This document shows positions 1-11,382 of a stretch of 64,000 bases of DNA, in pieces. Both the position numbers and the translations under genes were made by a program. The stretch comes from an uncultured Gemmatimonadaceae bacterium (lineage in GTDB: Bacteria; Gemmatimonadota; Gemmatimonadetes; Gemmatimonadales; Gemmatimonadaceae): the NCBI GenBank assembly GCA_963790305.1, contig CAWBOC010000008.1:86149-150148 (forward strand), read 5' to 3'. Within the stretch, counting starts at the first letter, position 1. Each line of letters opens with the position of its first letter. The notes below the pieces were generated by a model, which had not been told where the DNA came from, searched no databases, and saw only the letters and a list, made by a program, of their open reading frames with translations.

Positions 1-422
1 TTGGTCCGGTCGATGTGCGTGCGGTAGGCAGTCGCCAACGCCGGGTGAGCGACGCCGTAGAGTCCCGCGAGCAGCTCGACCGTGTCGCGGGCACGGAGCA
101 GCTCCTCGAGAAATGCATCGAGTGCCGCATCCGGTGCCGCATCCAGACGCGGTGCGGGATTGCGCATCTCGGTGATGCGCGCCCGAAAGGCGTTGGCATG
201 GCCGACGTCGAGCCACTGATGGAGTGCGAGGCCGCACTTCACCTCCCACTCGGGCGCGGCGGGGAGGTGTGACACCGCGATCAGCATCAGACGTCGCTCG
301 GCCCAGTGATAGCGAACGAGGCGCCTGACATTCTCCTCGACCGGAAAGCCGACGCGCGCCGCGCCAGCGTACGACGCGATGCCGGCCAGCGGGGGGATAC
401 CTAACGACGGGATGGCGCTCAC
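1..422 (-). CDS. Ferritin-like (DUF455-type) protein, N-terminal part; runs off the window
   Basis: Not in the ORF track. GTG at 422 with GGAGG RBS; manual translation MSAIPSLGIPPLAGIASYAGAARVGFPVEENVRRLVRYHWAERRLM...EWEVKCGLALHQWLD... is open to position 1. Family by resemblance. Confidence 0.65.
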   Translation of the reverse strand, partial: MSAIPSLGIPPLAGIASYAGAARVGFPVEENVRRLVRYHWAERRLMLIAVSHLPAAPEWEVKCGLALHQWLDVGHANAFRARITEMRNPAPRLDAAPDAALDAFLEELLRARDTVELLAGLYGVAHPALATAYRTHIDRT

Positions 423-435
423 GGGACCTCCGGAC

Positions 436-1155
436 TCAGGGGTCGAACACCGACCCCACGATGCGAAATGCCGGGAGCACGACGGCGTCCCAGTCGATAT
501 CGAGGATCTGTGTCGAGCGCTCGACGGTGGCGTCGGCCAGTATCGCGCTGCGCCCGGTCGTGCAGGTGAAGTCATCGGTGTCGGCGACCCCGGGGCACGC
601 ACCGCCGAACGCGCTGCCGCTCACGCTGGCGGTCGCCGTCGTCGCCACGTACGGGTCCGGGACAGGCGCACCGGTCGAGAAGTCGATCCATCTGCCTTCG
701 CTGGTACCGCTGGTGCCCGGAAGGTCTCCGTCCTCGACCCCTCCCGAGAAGAGCAACACGAGGACACGCTGAGCGCGGAGCTGGACGACATCGAGTCCTT
801 CCCAGGCGAGCAGGAGATGGATGCGCGCCGGCCCTTCGTCCACTCGCAGGGTCATGCCGCGCATGTCGAGGTTGGCGACTGATCCGCCGCGAGGCTGTAC
901 GCGCACCGTCATGCGGCCCTGTTGGCCTTGGCGAGATACCAGCCCGCCGCCGATCCGAATCCAGTCGGCGAGGAGCTGGTCGGCGGGACGGCGTGTACTG
1001 TCGAGCGCTCGCGCCGCCTTCTCGAGCGCCGATCCGATTGCGACCTGCTCCTCCACCGTCATGCGCTCCCCGGCGGTGATGCCGGTAGGGTCATCCTCGC
1101 CGCAGGCGACCCCAAGGAGAAGGAGGGTGAGCGCGAAGAGCGATCGGACAGTCAT
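436..1155 (-). CDS. Hypothetical lipoprotein
   Basis: MTVRSLFALTLLLLGVAC signal peptide with lipobox; start trimmed from ORF 436..1269. Confidence 0.75.
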   Translation of the reverse strand: MTVRSLFALTLLLLGVACGEDDPTGITAGERMTVEEQVAIGSALEKAARALDSTRRPADQLLADWIRIGGGLVSRQGQQGRMTVRVQPRGGSVANLDMRGMTLRVDEGPARIHLLLAWEGLDVVQLRAQRVLVLLFSGGVEDGDLPGTSGTSEGRWIDFSTGAPVPDPYVATTATASVSGSAFGGACPGVADTDDFTCTTGRSAILADATVERSTQILDIDWDAVVLPAFRIVGSVFDP

Positions 1156-1284
1156 GTGGCGTCCTGAGATGTGAAACGCATGGGCGGGCAGGAATATCCG
1201 CCCCCACGCCAGGCGGGACAACCTGGCCCGCCGGATGCATACTGGGTGGCCACCAGGTTTGCTGGCCAACGATCGGAGGATGAC

Positions 1285-1745
1285 ATGCGCGTGACCACCG
1301 TGCTGTGCGCGATGGGATTGATCGGTTGTGCCTCACTCGGCGGCGGTACCGGTCGGGAGTCGGTCTCCCAGACCGTGGACGTTCCGGTCGATACCGCCGT
1401 GCGGATCGCGAGAACCCAGTTGGAGCTGCACAACTACAAGGTGGGAGCGACGGGTGGCAGCACGCTCATCACCGAGCCCCGAGCGGTTCCGGGCGAGGTG
1501 CGCGACGCGGCTGCCCGCCGGGAGGCCGAATACTGGGTGGTGAGGGTCGAAGTCGGGAGCAAGACGCTTGGCGGAACCGAGATCAAGGTTCGCGGGTTCC
1601 GACTTCCAGATGGACGTCCGACGACGCCGGGGGCTCAGGTGACGATGGTTCCGGTGACGGACGACGACCAGCGACTCTTCAACGAGCTCCAGGCGATCGC
1701 GGGCTGGATTGGGGACGCTGCCCGGCGGAAGGCGGGGGGAGCTAG
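1285..1745 (+). CDS. Hypothetical lipoprotein; stop restored if the G-run at 1734-1739 has one more G
   Basis: GGAGG RBS, MRVTTVLCAMGLIGC lipobox. As given it reads through to 2028 into the opposite gene; +1 G gives TAG at 1743-1745. Confidence 0.7.
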
Positions 1746-2925
1746 CCGCCTCGGCGGGACGAAGCGCGCCAAGCGTGTAGCGACTGCCCGGGTTCCACAG
1801 CATCCAGTCGTACACGCCATTGTCGTATCCGGCCTGCATTTGCGCGCGCACATGCTCGGCGCCGTATCGCGGGGCGCCGAGCGTGAAATCCTGGTACCAC
1901 GGGATGATCCGGGCGGCGTTGGCGACGCCCGCGCTCCGTCGCTTCGCGTCACGCAGGGCGCGGTCGATGACCTTGTAGGGCGCGGCGTTCGGCCGCTGAA
2001 GTCCGTAGTTGCCGGGGGAGTAGTGTGACGGGTACGTCATCGGCAGCACGGCGTCCACGGCATCGATGAACTTCTCCCAGAGCTGACCAATGCCCATGTC
2101 CGTCGAGTCCGACGTGGTGAGACCGAACACGTCCGCGGTGACGGGAACGCCATACGGCCTCAGGGATCCGCGCAGGAACCGGAGCTGATCGCGAATGACC
2201 GACGCGCGGTCGCGACCGCGCGCGAGGGGAAAGGTCGCCTCGGCCACGAGGCGCTTCTCGTCGGGAAAGCGCACGTAGTCGTACTGCACTTCGCTGAAGC
2301 CCAGATCGATCGCTTCACAGGCGAGGTCGACCGCGTACTGCCACGGGCCCCGGTGGTGTGGATCGAGCCACGGATTTCTGTTCTTGTCGAGCCATGGCTC
2401 TCCGTCGGCGGCGCGCTTGATCGACCAGTCGGGCCGCTTGCGCGCAAGCACCGGATCCTTCACGACGACGATACGCGCAATGGGATAGATGCCGTGCGCG
2501 CGCATGGTGTCGAGCACGGCGCGCATGCGCTCGGCGCGCATCGGCGCGACGGTGTCGGCACCGATCTCTCGAGCGAGCGGTACACGCGATCGATAGAGCA
2601 CGTAGCCGCGATCATCCTTGACATCAATGACGAGAGCGTTGACCTCGGTGCGCTTCGCCACGTCGATGAGCTCCCACATCCTCTGGCCGACCGCGGCCCA
2701 TCGAAGCACGTAGAGTCCGCGCAACGGCGAAGGCGTAGGAACGAGTGGCGCTGGCGGGATGAGAATGGAGTCGGCTGTCAGGGCGGCCGACGGGCGTGCC
2801 GCGCACGCCGCGGGTGAGTAGTCAGGCTCAGGTGCGCGAGCAGTCGTCGCGCGCACGGTGTCCTGCGCGAGCAACGCGGGCTGGATTGCGGCGAGCGCGA
2901 TCATCGCGACCAGAGATCTCGGCAT
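1679..2925 (-). CDS. Secreted putative glycoside hydrolase (DUF4015-like TIM barrel)
   Basis: Signal peptide; NALVIDVKDDRG, IYPIARIVVVKDP, EVQYDYVRFP, PMTYPSHY, PWYQDF and WMLWNP motifs. End inferred from the same +1 G correction (TGA 1679-1681). Confidence 0.8.
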
Positions 2926-3001
2926 GGCGCGCAATCTAAGCTGGGGATGGAAGACACAATCTCTCGACGATTCCTCCCAACCCTGATAACCCGGCGGGCC
3001 G

Positions 3002-3815
3002 CTACGGGACGTCCTCGTGAGATCGCACCGCGGCTGATGATCCCGGGAGAAGCAGGCTATCAACGGGCACGCTCGCGGAGCGTGCCCGAGCGCGTCGTAT
3101 CAGGCGCGCGAGGAAAGGACGATCGACGCGCGTGGTGTCGTAGCCGGCACTACTGAGCACCATCAGAGCGCGCGCTGCGGTGGGTCGATCCCGGCGATAG
3201 AAATCGCAATGGACGTACAGCCGCGCGTCGTTGATCTCGACCGTGACATAGACGACCGCAATCGGCACGGGCTCGAGGAGCTGCACGGTGGTCGTCAGCG
3301 AGGAGTCCGCTTCGATGACGTCGAGCGTGTCCTCTGACAGCTCTCCGCCGGCGAGGCGATTCACCACTCGAGCAAGCGCAAGCGCGTCGGCGTCATGCAT
3401 GCGCACACAGCCGTGCGAGGCGGCCTTGCCGATCGAGCTCTCGAGAGGTGTCCCGTGGAGAAAGTACAAGCTGCCGAACTGGAGCTTCACCGGCCCCATT
3501 GGATTGGCGGTTCCGGGTGGGTGAACCTTGTCCTTCCGCGCCCAGTCACTCGCCGGTGGATACCACCAGGGGTTCCAGGTGATGTGCGTGAGGGTGAACT
3601 CTCCCGCGGGCGTCGCATACCGCGGCTCGCCAACGGCGACCGGATACGAGGCGGTGACCACTTCCCGCCTGCAGGAGATCAAGCCGAAACGCGGGAATGT
3701 TGAGGCGCAGCGTGAGGTCGGCCTGACGAGCCGAACCGGCGATCAAGTCGCCGCCGCAGAGCGCGACGCCCGCGACGAGTAGCGAGAACATTTTCTTCCA
3801 CCGCGTGCTCCGCAC
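3002..3815 (-). CDS. L,D-transpeptidase (YkuD family), one frameshift near 3665
   Basis: LNIPAFRL in ORF 3546..3815 joins YPVAVG...TPAG...NPWWYPP...YFLHGT...SHGCVRM (catalytic His/Cys) in ORF 3002..3682. Confidence 0.88.
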
Positions 3816-3846
3816 AACGCCTCCCTCGCCGATTCAGGGAAAGTGC

Positions 3847-3905
3847 CCGGGCGACGGCTGACTCGCAGTCAGCACTTCCGCGAGATCTGGTCGGTGAATC
3901 CCTGA
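3847..3905. promoter_or_regulatory. Three degenerate 15-bp palindromic boxes at 22-bp period
   Basis: CCGGGCGACGGCTGA (3847), TCAGCACTTCCGCGA (3869), TCGGTGAATCCCTGA (3891) between divergent genes. Confidence 0.55.
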
Positions 3906-3994
3906 TGCGGTGTTTTCCCGACAGGGCATCGGGACGCCGCCGACAGACGCGCGAGCCCAGTGGCCGCACCATAAGGGTTTCTCGGGGAGTGTGG

Positions 3995-4669
3995 ATGAGA
4001 TATCGCGATCGCAGGGATGCCGGCAGACGCCTGGCGCTCGTTCTCGGCGCCTTCGAGGAACGTCTGGACGTCACGGTCCTCGGGTTGCCGCGCGGCGGAG
4101 TCCCGGTCGCCTACGAGGTAGCGCGCGCGCTGCACGTGGAGCTCGACATCGTCGCCGTTCGCAAGCTCGGGCTTCCGGGCCAGCCGGAATTCGCGATGGG
4201 CGCGATCGCGCTGGGTGGTATCGTGGTCCTCGACGAGGATCTCATCGCGATGATGGGCGTCCCGCCGGCTGCGCTCGAGCGAGTGATCACGGTAGAGCGG
4301 GCCGAGGTCGCGCGCCGCGAGCGCTTGTACCGCGGATCCCGTCCACCGCTCGACGTGCGGGGCCGCACTCTCATCCTCGTCGATGACGGTCTGGCGACAG
4401 GGGCGAGCGTGCAGGCTGCCGTCACCGCGCTCCGCCGTGGAAAGCCCGCGTCGATCGTGGTGGCCTCCCCCGTCGGCTCGAGGCAAGCCTGTCACGCGAT
4501 CGCGGACTGTACCGACGGATGTCTGTGCCCCGAGATGCCGGAGCCGTTCTACAGCGTCGGGTTGTGGTACGAGGACTTCAGCGACACGAGCGATGCCGGC
4601 GTGAAGGAGCTCCTCGCGCAGGCATGGGCGAATGGGAAAAGGCCCCACGCGCGAGCGGGTCATACCTGA
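3995..4669 (+). CDS. Phosphoribosyltransferase family protein (Rv0571c/Rv2030c N-domain-like)
   Basis: YRDRRDAGRRLA, LGLPRGGVPVA, VRKLG, PRPP motif ILVDDGLATG, FYSVGLWYEDF. Confidence 0.92.
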   Translation: MRYRDRRDAGRRLALVLGAFEERLDVTVLGLPRGGVPVAYEVARALHVELDIVAVRKLGLPGQPEFAMGAIALGGIVVLDEDLIAMMGVPPAALERVITVERAEVARRERLYRGSRPPLDVRGRTLILVDDGLATGASVQAAVTALRRGKPASIVVASPVGSRQACHAIADCTDGCLCPEMPEPFYSVGLWYEDFSDTSDAGVKELLAQAWANGKRPHARAGHT

Positions 4670-4745
4670 CAGACGAGGGCGCGAGTCCATCGCAGGTTGC
4701 CGCGAGGTTCTGAACTACTGCTCGAGCCCTGACCATGGAGGAGGC

Positions 4746-5177
4746 ATGCTCGCGTTCACGGAGCTGCATGAAGTCCAGCGCCGGTTGCAAAGCCGGAAGG
4801 TGCTCTCGGTGTTCGTCGACACCTCCGGCCCGGCGGACGGCCCGTCGTGGCGAGCAAAGCTCGACCGCGCCTTGGCCCGCCTGGACGGGAGCCCACCGCA
4901 GTTGCCGAGTGGAGAGCGCACCGCGCGCGAGCTGTGCGTGGCGCACCTTCGGACGGCCCTCGAAAATCTTCGGGGCACTCCCGGAGAGCCGGGATGGGTG
5001 GCCTACGTGACGACGGACGACGTCGTCGCTGCCTGGCCGCTCTACACTCCTGTCGAGACCGCCGTGTTCTGGCGGACCGGAATCGTGACGGCGCAGCCGC
5101 CGTCGCAGCGACGCTTCGCCCTGCAGCGGTCGACGGTGGCACGCCCGCTCATGCGGAATCACGCCTCGCCAGCCTGA
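4746..5177 (+). CDS. Hypothetical protein, weak resemblance to baeRF (release-factor-like) N-terminal domain
   Basis: Strong [18 protein letters not shown]...WRAKLDRAL...GWVAYVT pattern. Confidence 0.6.
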   Translation: MLAFTELHEVQRRLQSRKVLSVFVDTSGPADGPSWRAKLDRALARLDGSPPQLPSGERTARELCVAHLRTALENLRGTPGEPGWVAYVTTDDVVAAWPLYTPVETAVFWRTGIVTAQPPSQRRFALQRSTVARPLMRNHASPA

Positions 5178-5250
5178 GCACCTCCCATTGCGCTCTCGTT
5201 CGGGACCGAGGCGGTAGCTAGCTTCGGTAGCGGACCGAGGGCGCAACGGC

Positions 5251-7959
5251 ATGCCGCTTCAGGGGGATCACCACATAGCGTGGCACTCGCGCATGGCCAG
5301 CGCGGTGCTCGCCGAGCTCGAGTCGAGCCGGGACGGCCTGTCGGCGCAGGAGGCCGCCGCCCGGCTTCAGCGGTATGGAGCCAACCGGCTCGAGGTCACG
5401 CCGCCGGCGTCCGCGTGGTCGATCCTCGTCGCCCAGTTCCGAAGCGTGGTCGTGCTGCTGCTCGTCGTCGCGGCCGGCCTCGCTCTGGCGTTAGGCGACC
5501 CCGCCAATGCCATGGCCATCGCCGCCGTGCTGTTGATCAACGCGGCGCTCGGCTTCATCACCGAATTCCGGGCGCGTCGCGCAATGGACGCGCTGCGAGG
5601 CCTCGAGGTGCCTCGCGCCATCGTCGTACGCGAAGGGACGACACTCGAGATCAGCGCGCGCGACCTCGTGCCCGGTGACATCATCTCGCTCGAGAGTGGC
5701 CAGTCTGTTCCCGCCGACGCACGGTTGATCGACGCGATCAATGTCCGCGTCACCGAGGCCCCACTCACCGGCGAATCGCTTCCGGTGGAGAAGCGCGCTG
5801 ACGTCGCCCTCGCGGACGACACGGTACTCGCCGAGCGCATCAACATGGTCTACCAGGCGACGGCGCTGGTCTCGGGATCGGCGCACGCCGTCGTCGCTGC
5901 GACGGCCGGCAATACCGAGGTCGGCCGCATCGGCGGCCTCACGAGCTCGCTCAAAGATGAGCGGACGCCCCTGGAGCATCGGCTCGATGGGCTCGGTCGT
6001 CGACTCGTCGTGGTCGCCCTCGTCGTGGCGGCGATCGTCGCGTTGCTCGGTCTTTGGCGCGGCATACCGTGGGGCCTGGTGGTGCAAACGGCTGTCGCGC
6101 TCGCGATCGCGGCGGTGCCGGAAGGATTGCCCGCCGTCACCACGATCACGCTCGCGGTCGGGGTGTCGCGCATGGCGCGGCGACAGGCGCTCATCCGCCG
6201 GCTGCCGGCCGTGGAGACGCTCGGGTCCGCAACCGTCGTCTGCACCGACAAGACCGGGACGCTAACCGCGGGTGAGATGGCGGTGAGCGTCATCGTCGTG
6301 GATGGTCGCGAGATCGCGGTGACCGGTACGACCTACGAGCCAACGGGAGAGTTTCGTGACGGCGATCGAACGATCGGCGCGAGCGAGAACCCGGTTCTGC
6401 ATGAAGCGCTTCGCATTGGTACGCTGGCGAATCGTGCCGAGCTCGTGCACGACGAGGATCAATGGTACCCCGTGGGTGACCCAACCGAGGTCGCGTTGCT
6501 CGTGGCAGCAAGAAAGGCGGGGCTCGATCGCGACCGATTGCTCGAAGAGCTTCCGGAGGTCGCGGCGGTGCCATTCTCGAGCGAGCGACAGTGGATGGCG
6601 ACGTTCCATCGCGCACGGGATGGCGGGTCGATCGTCTGCGTGAAGGGCGCCCCCGGGCGCATCATCGAGCGCAGTACACGCGAGCTCACTGCGTCCGGCG
6701 AGCGTGCACTGGACGCAGCGGGCCGACAGCGGCTGCTCGATCGCAACCGGGCCTTGGCCGCGCGCGGCTTGCGCGTCCTCGCGACGGCGCGGGGCACCGC
6801 GCGTGACGCGAATGACGACGCAGTCCGTGAGCTCACGTTCGTCGGGCTGGCCGGCATCTCCGATCCACCGGCGGCGGGTGTGGCTGAAACGATCCAGTCG
6901 TTCCGCGAAGCGGGCGTGCGCACGGTGATGATCACCGGCGACCAGCGACTCACCGCCGTCGCCGTGGCGCAGCAGCTCGGGCTGGCCGAATCGGACGCAG
7001 GCGCGCTCGATGGCAAAGAGCTGGCGACCCTCGACAAGGCCACGCTCACGGCGAGACTGGAGCACACCGGAGTCTTCAATCGAGTGAGCCCGTCGGACAA
7101 GCTGCGCATCGTCGAGGCTCTCCAGGATCGCGGCGACATCGTGGCCATGCTCGGCGACGGTGTGAACGACGCCGCCGCGCTCAAGAAGGCGGACATCGGT
7201 GTCGCCATGGGACGCCGTGGGACCGACATCGCCAAGGAGGCGGCGGACGTCGTCCTGGCTGACGATCGCTTCTCGACGGTGGCCGCGGCAATCGAAGAAG
7301 GGCGGGTCATCTTCGACAACATCCGCAAGTTCGTCTTTTACCTGTTCTCCTGTAACCTCGCCGAAGTCATCGTTCTGCTCGCGGCAGGCCTAACGGGGCT
7401 TCCCCTCCCGCTCCTCCCCCTCCAGATCCTCTGGCTCAACATTGTGACCGACACCTTCCCCGCGCTGGCGCTGGCGATGGAGCCACGCGAAGGCGACGTC
7501 ATGAGACGACCTCCCCGCGATCCCGATGAGGCGATTCTCTCGCGGCCGTTTCTTGGTCAGATCGGACTGTACGCCGCATTGATCGCGGCGGCGACGCTCG
7601 GAGCGTTCGTCATCGCGCTCGACCGTGGGCCGCAGGAGCGCGCGATAACCATCGCGTTCGTGACGCTCGCGCTCGCCCAGGGATTCCACCTTGGCACGGC
7701 GCGCAGCGATGGCCCGGTGCTGTCGTGGGACCGCATTCGCGGGAATCCGTGGGCGTTAGGCGCGCTGGGGCTGGTCATCGCGCTCCAGCTCGCCGCGGTG
7801 TACATCCCTGTCCTCGCGTCTGTGCTTCGCACAGTGCCGTTGACGAGGGCCGACTGGGCACTCGTGCTCCCGGCCGCGCTCATACCGGCGGTCGTCGGGC
7901 AGCTCTTGCGGCTACTTCGTACGAAGGCGCCGTCGCCGTTACTGACTACCGATACCTGA
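5251..7959 (+). CDS. Cation-transporting P-type ATPase (P2 type, CtpF/PacL-like)
   Basis: LTGES, VPEGL, DKTGTLT, KGAP, MITGD, GDGVND and LWLNIVTD motifs; intact 902 aa. Confidence 0.96.
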   Translation: MPLQGDHHIAWHSRMASAVLAELESSRDGLSAQEAAARLQRYGANRLEVTPPASAWSILVAQFRSVVVLLLVVAAGLALALGDPANAMAIAAVLLINAALGFITEFRARRAMDALRGLEVPRAIVVREGTTLEISARDLVPGDIISLESGQSVPADARLIDAINVRVTEAPLTGESLPVEKRADVALADDTVLAERINMVYQATALVSGSAHAVVAATAGNTEVGRIGGLTSSLKDERTPLEHRLDGLGRRLVVVALVVAAIVALLGLWRGIPWGLVVQTAVALAIAAVPEGLPAVTTITLAVGVSRMARRQALIRRLPAVETLGSATVVCTDKTGTLTAGEMAVSVIVVDGREIAVTGTTYEPTGEFRDGDRTIGASENPVLHEALRIGTLANRAELVHDEDQWYPVGDPTEVALLVAARKAGLDRDRLLEELPEVAAVPFSSERQWMATFHRARDGGSIVCVKGAPGRIIERSTRELTASGERALDAAGRQRLLDRNRALAARGLRVLATARGTARDANDDAVRELTFVGLAGISDPPAAGVAETIQSFREAGVRTVMITGDQRLTAVAVAQQLGLAESDAGALDGKELATLDKATLTARLEHTGVFNRVSPSDKLRIVEALQDRGDIVAMLGDGVNDAAALKKADIGVAMGRRGTDIAKEAADVVLADDRFSTVAAAIEEGRVIFDNIRKFVFYLFSCNLAEVIVLLAAGLTGLPLPLLPLQILWLNIVTDTFPALALAMEPREGDVMRRPPRDPDEAILSRPFLGQIGLYAALIAAATLGAFVIALDRGPQERAITIAFVTLALAQGFHLGTARSDGPVLSWDRIRGNPWALGALGLVIALQLAAVYIPVLASVLRTVPLTRADWALVLPAALIPAVVGQLLRLLRTKAPSPLLTTDT

Positions 7960-8031
7960 AGTCACAAACCTGACGTCTGCAGAAGTTGATCTCTTTACCC
8001 TACATTACCGGCACCACTTCTCTCCAAGCCC

Positions 8032-9771
8032 GTGCTCGTCCCCAAGCTCGTCACGACGCTCCGCGCGTACGACCGCACCCAGTTCTCTGCTGATCTGACC
8101 GCCGGCGTCATCGTCGGCATTGTCGCGCTCCCCCTCGCGATCGCGTTCGCCATCGCCAGCGGCGTCACGCCCGAGCGCGGACTGTATACCGCCATCGTCG
8201 CCGGCTTCATCATCTCGGCGTTAGGTGGCTCGCGCGTCCAGATCGGCGGGCCAACCGGTGCGTTCATCGTCATCGTCTACGGCATCGTTCAGCAGTACGG
8301 CTATGGCGGACTCGCCATCGCGACGATCATGGCCGGACTGATGTTGATCGTGCTGGGCGTGGCGCGGCTGGGAACGGCCATCAAGTTCATTCCCTACCCG
8401 GTCATCACCGGATTCACGAGCGCGATCGCGCTCATCATCTTCTCCAGCCAGGTGAAGGATTTTCTCGGGCTTCGTATGGGCGACGTGCCCGCGGAGTTCG
8501 TCGACAAGTGGCGCGCCTTCGCTGAGGCGATCGCAACGGTCAATCCGTGGGCGCTCGTGCTCAGCAGCTTGGCGCTCGCGATCATCCTCCTCTGGCCCAA
8601 GGTCACGCAGCGCATCCCGGGTGCGTTCGTCGCCCTGATCGTCACGACCGTGTTGGCGCATCTTTTCAACCTGCCGGTGGAGACGATCGGGAGCCGGTTC
8701 GGCCAGATCCCCTCGGGGCTGCCCGTGCCGTCGATCCCCGACATGAATCCGGCGCAGATTGCGAGCCTCGTGGGCCCGGCGTTCACGATCGCGCTGCTGG
8801 CCGCGATCGAGTCACTGCTGTCCGCGGTCGTCGCGGATGGCATGATCGGCGGCCGGCATCGCTCGAACATGGAGCTGGTGGCGCAGGGGGTCGCGAACAT
8901 CGCGTCGCCGCTGTTCGGGGGAATTCCGGCGACGGGCGCCATCGCGCGCACCGCGACCAACGTCAAGAACGGCGGACGGACACCGGTCGCCGGGATCGTG
9001 CACGCGATCACGCTGCTGCTCATCACGCTTTTCTTCGCCCGGTGGGCCGCGCTCATTCCCATGGCGGCGCTCGCGGCGATTCTCGTCGTCGTGGCGTATC
9101 ACATGAGCGAGTGGCGGACCTTCCGCGCCGAGCTCCGCTCGCCGAAGAGCGACGTGGCCGTTTTGCTCACGACGTTCTTCCTCACTGTGCTCGTCGACCT
9201 GACGGTGGCCATCGAGGTCGGCATCGTGCTCGCCGCCCTCCTGTTCATGCGCCGCATGGCCGAGGTGACGAACGTCAGCGTGATCACGCAAGAGCTCGAC
9301 GACGAGGGAGATCTCTACTCGACCGATGCGAACGCGGTGCGCCGGCGCGCGATTCCGAAGGGGGTCGAGGTCTACGAGATCAACGGTCCCTTCTTCTTCG
9401 GTGCGGCCGAGCAGTTCAAGGACACGCTCGGGCGTGTCGCGCGGAAGCCGAAGGTGCTGATCATCCGCATGCGCAACGTGCCGGCGATCGACTCCACAGG
9501 CATTCGCGCGCTCGCCGACGTCACCCGACGCACGCGGAAGGAGGGCACCCTCGTGCTGCTCTCGGACGTCCACGCGCAGCCGCTCGTCGCACTCGGCCGC
9601 TCGGATCTGCTCGACGAGATCGGCGACGACAACATCTTCGGCAACCTGGATGACGCGCTCAATCGCGCGCGCGCGGAGGTGGGGGAGGCGCCGCTGCCGC
9701 CGCCGCCGGGCACGACACCGACGGTGAGGCGCGAGACACCGATCGGCGGGGTGCCTCAGGCGAACGAGTGA
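8032..9771 (+). CDS. sulP: SulP/SLC26 anion permease with STAS domain
   Basis: [38 protein letters not shown]-terminal STAS ([13 protein letters not shown]). Confidence 0.95.
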   Translation: MLVPKLVTTLRAYDRTQFSADLTAGVIVGIVALPLAIAFAIASGVTPERGLYTAIVAGFIISALGGSRVQIGGPTGAFIVIVYGIVQQYGYGGLAIATIMAGLMLIVLGVARLGTAIKFIPYPVITGFTSAIALIIFSSQVKDFLGLRMGDVPAEFVDKWRAFAEAIATVNPWALVLSSLALAIILLWPKVTQRIPGAFVALIVTTVLAHLFNLPVETIGSRFGQIPSGLPVPSIPDMNPAQIASLVGPAFTIALLAAIESLLSAVVADGMIGGRHRSNMELVAQGVANIASPLFGGIPATGAIARTATNVKNGGRTPVAGIVHAITLLLITLFFARWAALIPMAALAAILVVVAYHMSEWRTFRAELRSPKSDVAVLLTTFFLTVLVDLTVAIEVGIVLAALLFMRRMAEVTNVSVITQELDDEGDLYSTDANAVRRRAIPKGVEVYEINGPFFFGAAEQFKDTLGRVARKPKVLIIRMRNVPAIDSTGIRALADVTRRTRKEGTLVLLSDVHAQPLVALGRSDLLDEIGDDNIFGNLDDALNRARAEVGEAPLPPPPGTTPTVRRETPIGGVPQANE

Positions 9772-9911
9772 GCGTCGGCCAGCACCTGACACGCAGCCGG
9801 TCAGGGGTTTTCTACTCGCGAACCGGCATCGCGCCGACAGACTGTGGCGACCGTGCCGATGATCTTGCGAGCTGTCCGCGCGATAGTCGCGACGGCACCA
9901 CGGAGGGCGTG

Positions 9912-10576
9912 ATGACGACACTCCGAATTCGCCAAGGCCAGATCCTCCTGACGGCCGGTATTCTCTCTTCACTCCTGTACGCCGCCACCGATGTCCTCGG
10001 GGGAATGCGATACCCAGGGTACAGCTTCACCTCACAAGCGATCAGCGAGCTGATGGCCGTCGGCGCTCCCTCGGAAGGCTTCGTCGATCCCCTGTTCATC
10101 CTCTATGGTCTGCTCGTCCTGGCGTTCGGCGCAGGCGTCGTTAGGGAAGGGGCCGGCCGAAATCGACGGTTGCGAATCGCGGGAGGCCTGCTGATCGGAT
10201 ATGCGGCGCTCGGCTTCACCGGGCCTACGCTCTTCGAGATGCAGCAACGCGGTGCCGGCACGCCGAATGGCGACACCCCGCACATCGTTCTCACGGCGAT
10301 CCTCGTACTCCTCCAGCTCCTCGCCATTGGCTTCGCTGCCTTCGCGCTCGGCAAGCGATTTCGCGTCTATTCGTTCGCGACCCTCCTCATGCTCGTCGCG
10401 TTGGGCGTGATGTCCGCCCCCTACGGCGCCCGACTCGCCGCCGGGCAGCCCACGCCAGGCTTCGGGATCGTCGAACGCATCCTTATTTACTCCTCGCTGC
10501 TGTGGGTGGCGGTGTTTGCGATCGCGCTGCTGCGGCGGCACACACGGCCTCCTATGCAGCAGGCGCGCTCAATTGA
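9912..10576 (+). CDS. DUF998-like membrane protein; 3' end uncertain
   Basis: GYSFTSQAISEL, H in TM, GIVERI. The ORF as given runs to 10892 antisense to the CBS gene, but hydrophobic content ends ~10540. Confidence 0.75.
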
Positions 10577-11144
10577 CGTGGTGAGCCCTGTAGACGTAGC
10601 GCGGACCCTCGAGCATCCGCTGGGCGACCGCGCGCGCAATGTCCAGCGCGCTCACGATGCCGAGCAGACGGCCGCCGTCGATCACGAGGACGCGGTGGGC
10701 GTGCGCGCGCTGCATCGCGTCGGCCGCGGCGCGAGCATCGGCCGACGGCGGGAACGCCACCACGCCGCGGTTCATCGCATCGGCGACGGTGTGCACCGCC
10801 AGGAGATCCCACGCCGCGGTATTGACGTCGCTGAACCGCTCGGCGACGTCGGCGCCGGCGTCCGACCAGAAGTCGACGAAGTAGGCTGCTGACGTCTCCG
10901 CCGCACCGTCGAGCTCGCGGGGCTCCTCGTCTTCGCTGGTACCGGTGACGTCGGGGACGCCGGGTGTGGTCGCGAGGAACTCGATGATGTCCATCGCGGA
11001 CAGCACTCCCACGACCTTGTCCGCCTCGACGACCGGTGCCCCGCTAATCTGCCGCGCGGTGAGAATCTCCAGCGCGTCGCGTAGCGACATCCGCGGATCG
11101 AGCGTCACGACCTCGCGCGTCATGATGTCTTGTAGCCTGAGCAT
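10569..11144 (-). CDS. CBS-domain protein
   Basis: DIMTREVVTL, ISGAPVV, VGVLSAMDI, LLGIVSALDI: tandem CBS pair. Confidence 0.92.
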   Translation of the reverse strand: MLRLQDIMTREVVTLDPRMSLRDALEILTARQISGAPVVEADKVVGVLSAMDIIEFLATTPGVPDVTGTSEDEEPRELDGAAETSAAYFVDFWSDAGADVAERFSDVNTAAWDLLAVHTVADAMNRGVVAFPPSADARAAADAMQRAHAHRVLVIDGGRLLGIVSALDIARAVAQRMLEGPRYVYRAHHVN

Positions 11145-11278
11145 GTGGATCTCCCGCTGTCGGTGAAGGAGCAGCTTCCACATCGCAAGCTAGACCCCGG
11201 GCGTCGTCCGTCTGTCGGCGAAAGGGCGCCGTGTCGTAGGGGAATGTCAGGCTCTACTCCGCGCGCGATGCCCGCATG

Positions 11279-11315
11279 TCAGCAGAACCCCGAGGCGTAC
11301 TCCGGCAATCACTGA
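11279..11315. promoter_or_regulatory. Two degenerate palindromic boxes 22 bp apart
   Basis: TCAGCAGAACCCCGA (11279) and TCCGGCAATCACTGA (11301) in a divergent intergenic region. Confidence 0.5.
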
Positions 11316-11382
11316 TAACACCAGGCGATCAGCGAACGCATCGTGGCAGAGAATGGCGACTGATCCCCCACCGGAGGCTCGT

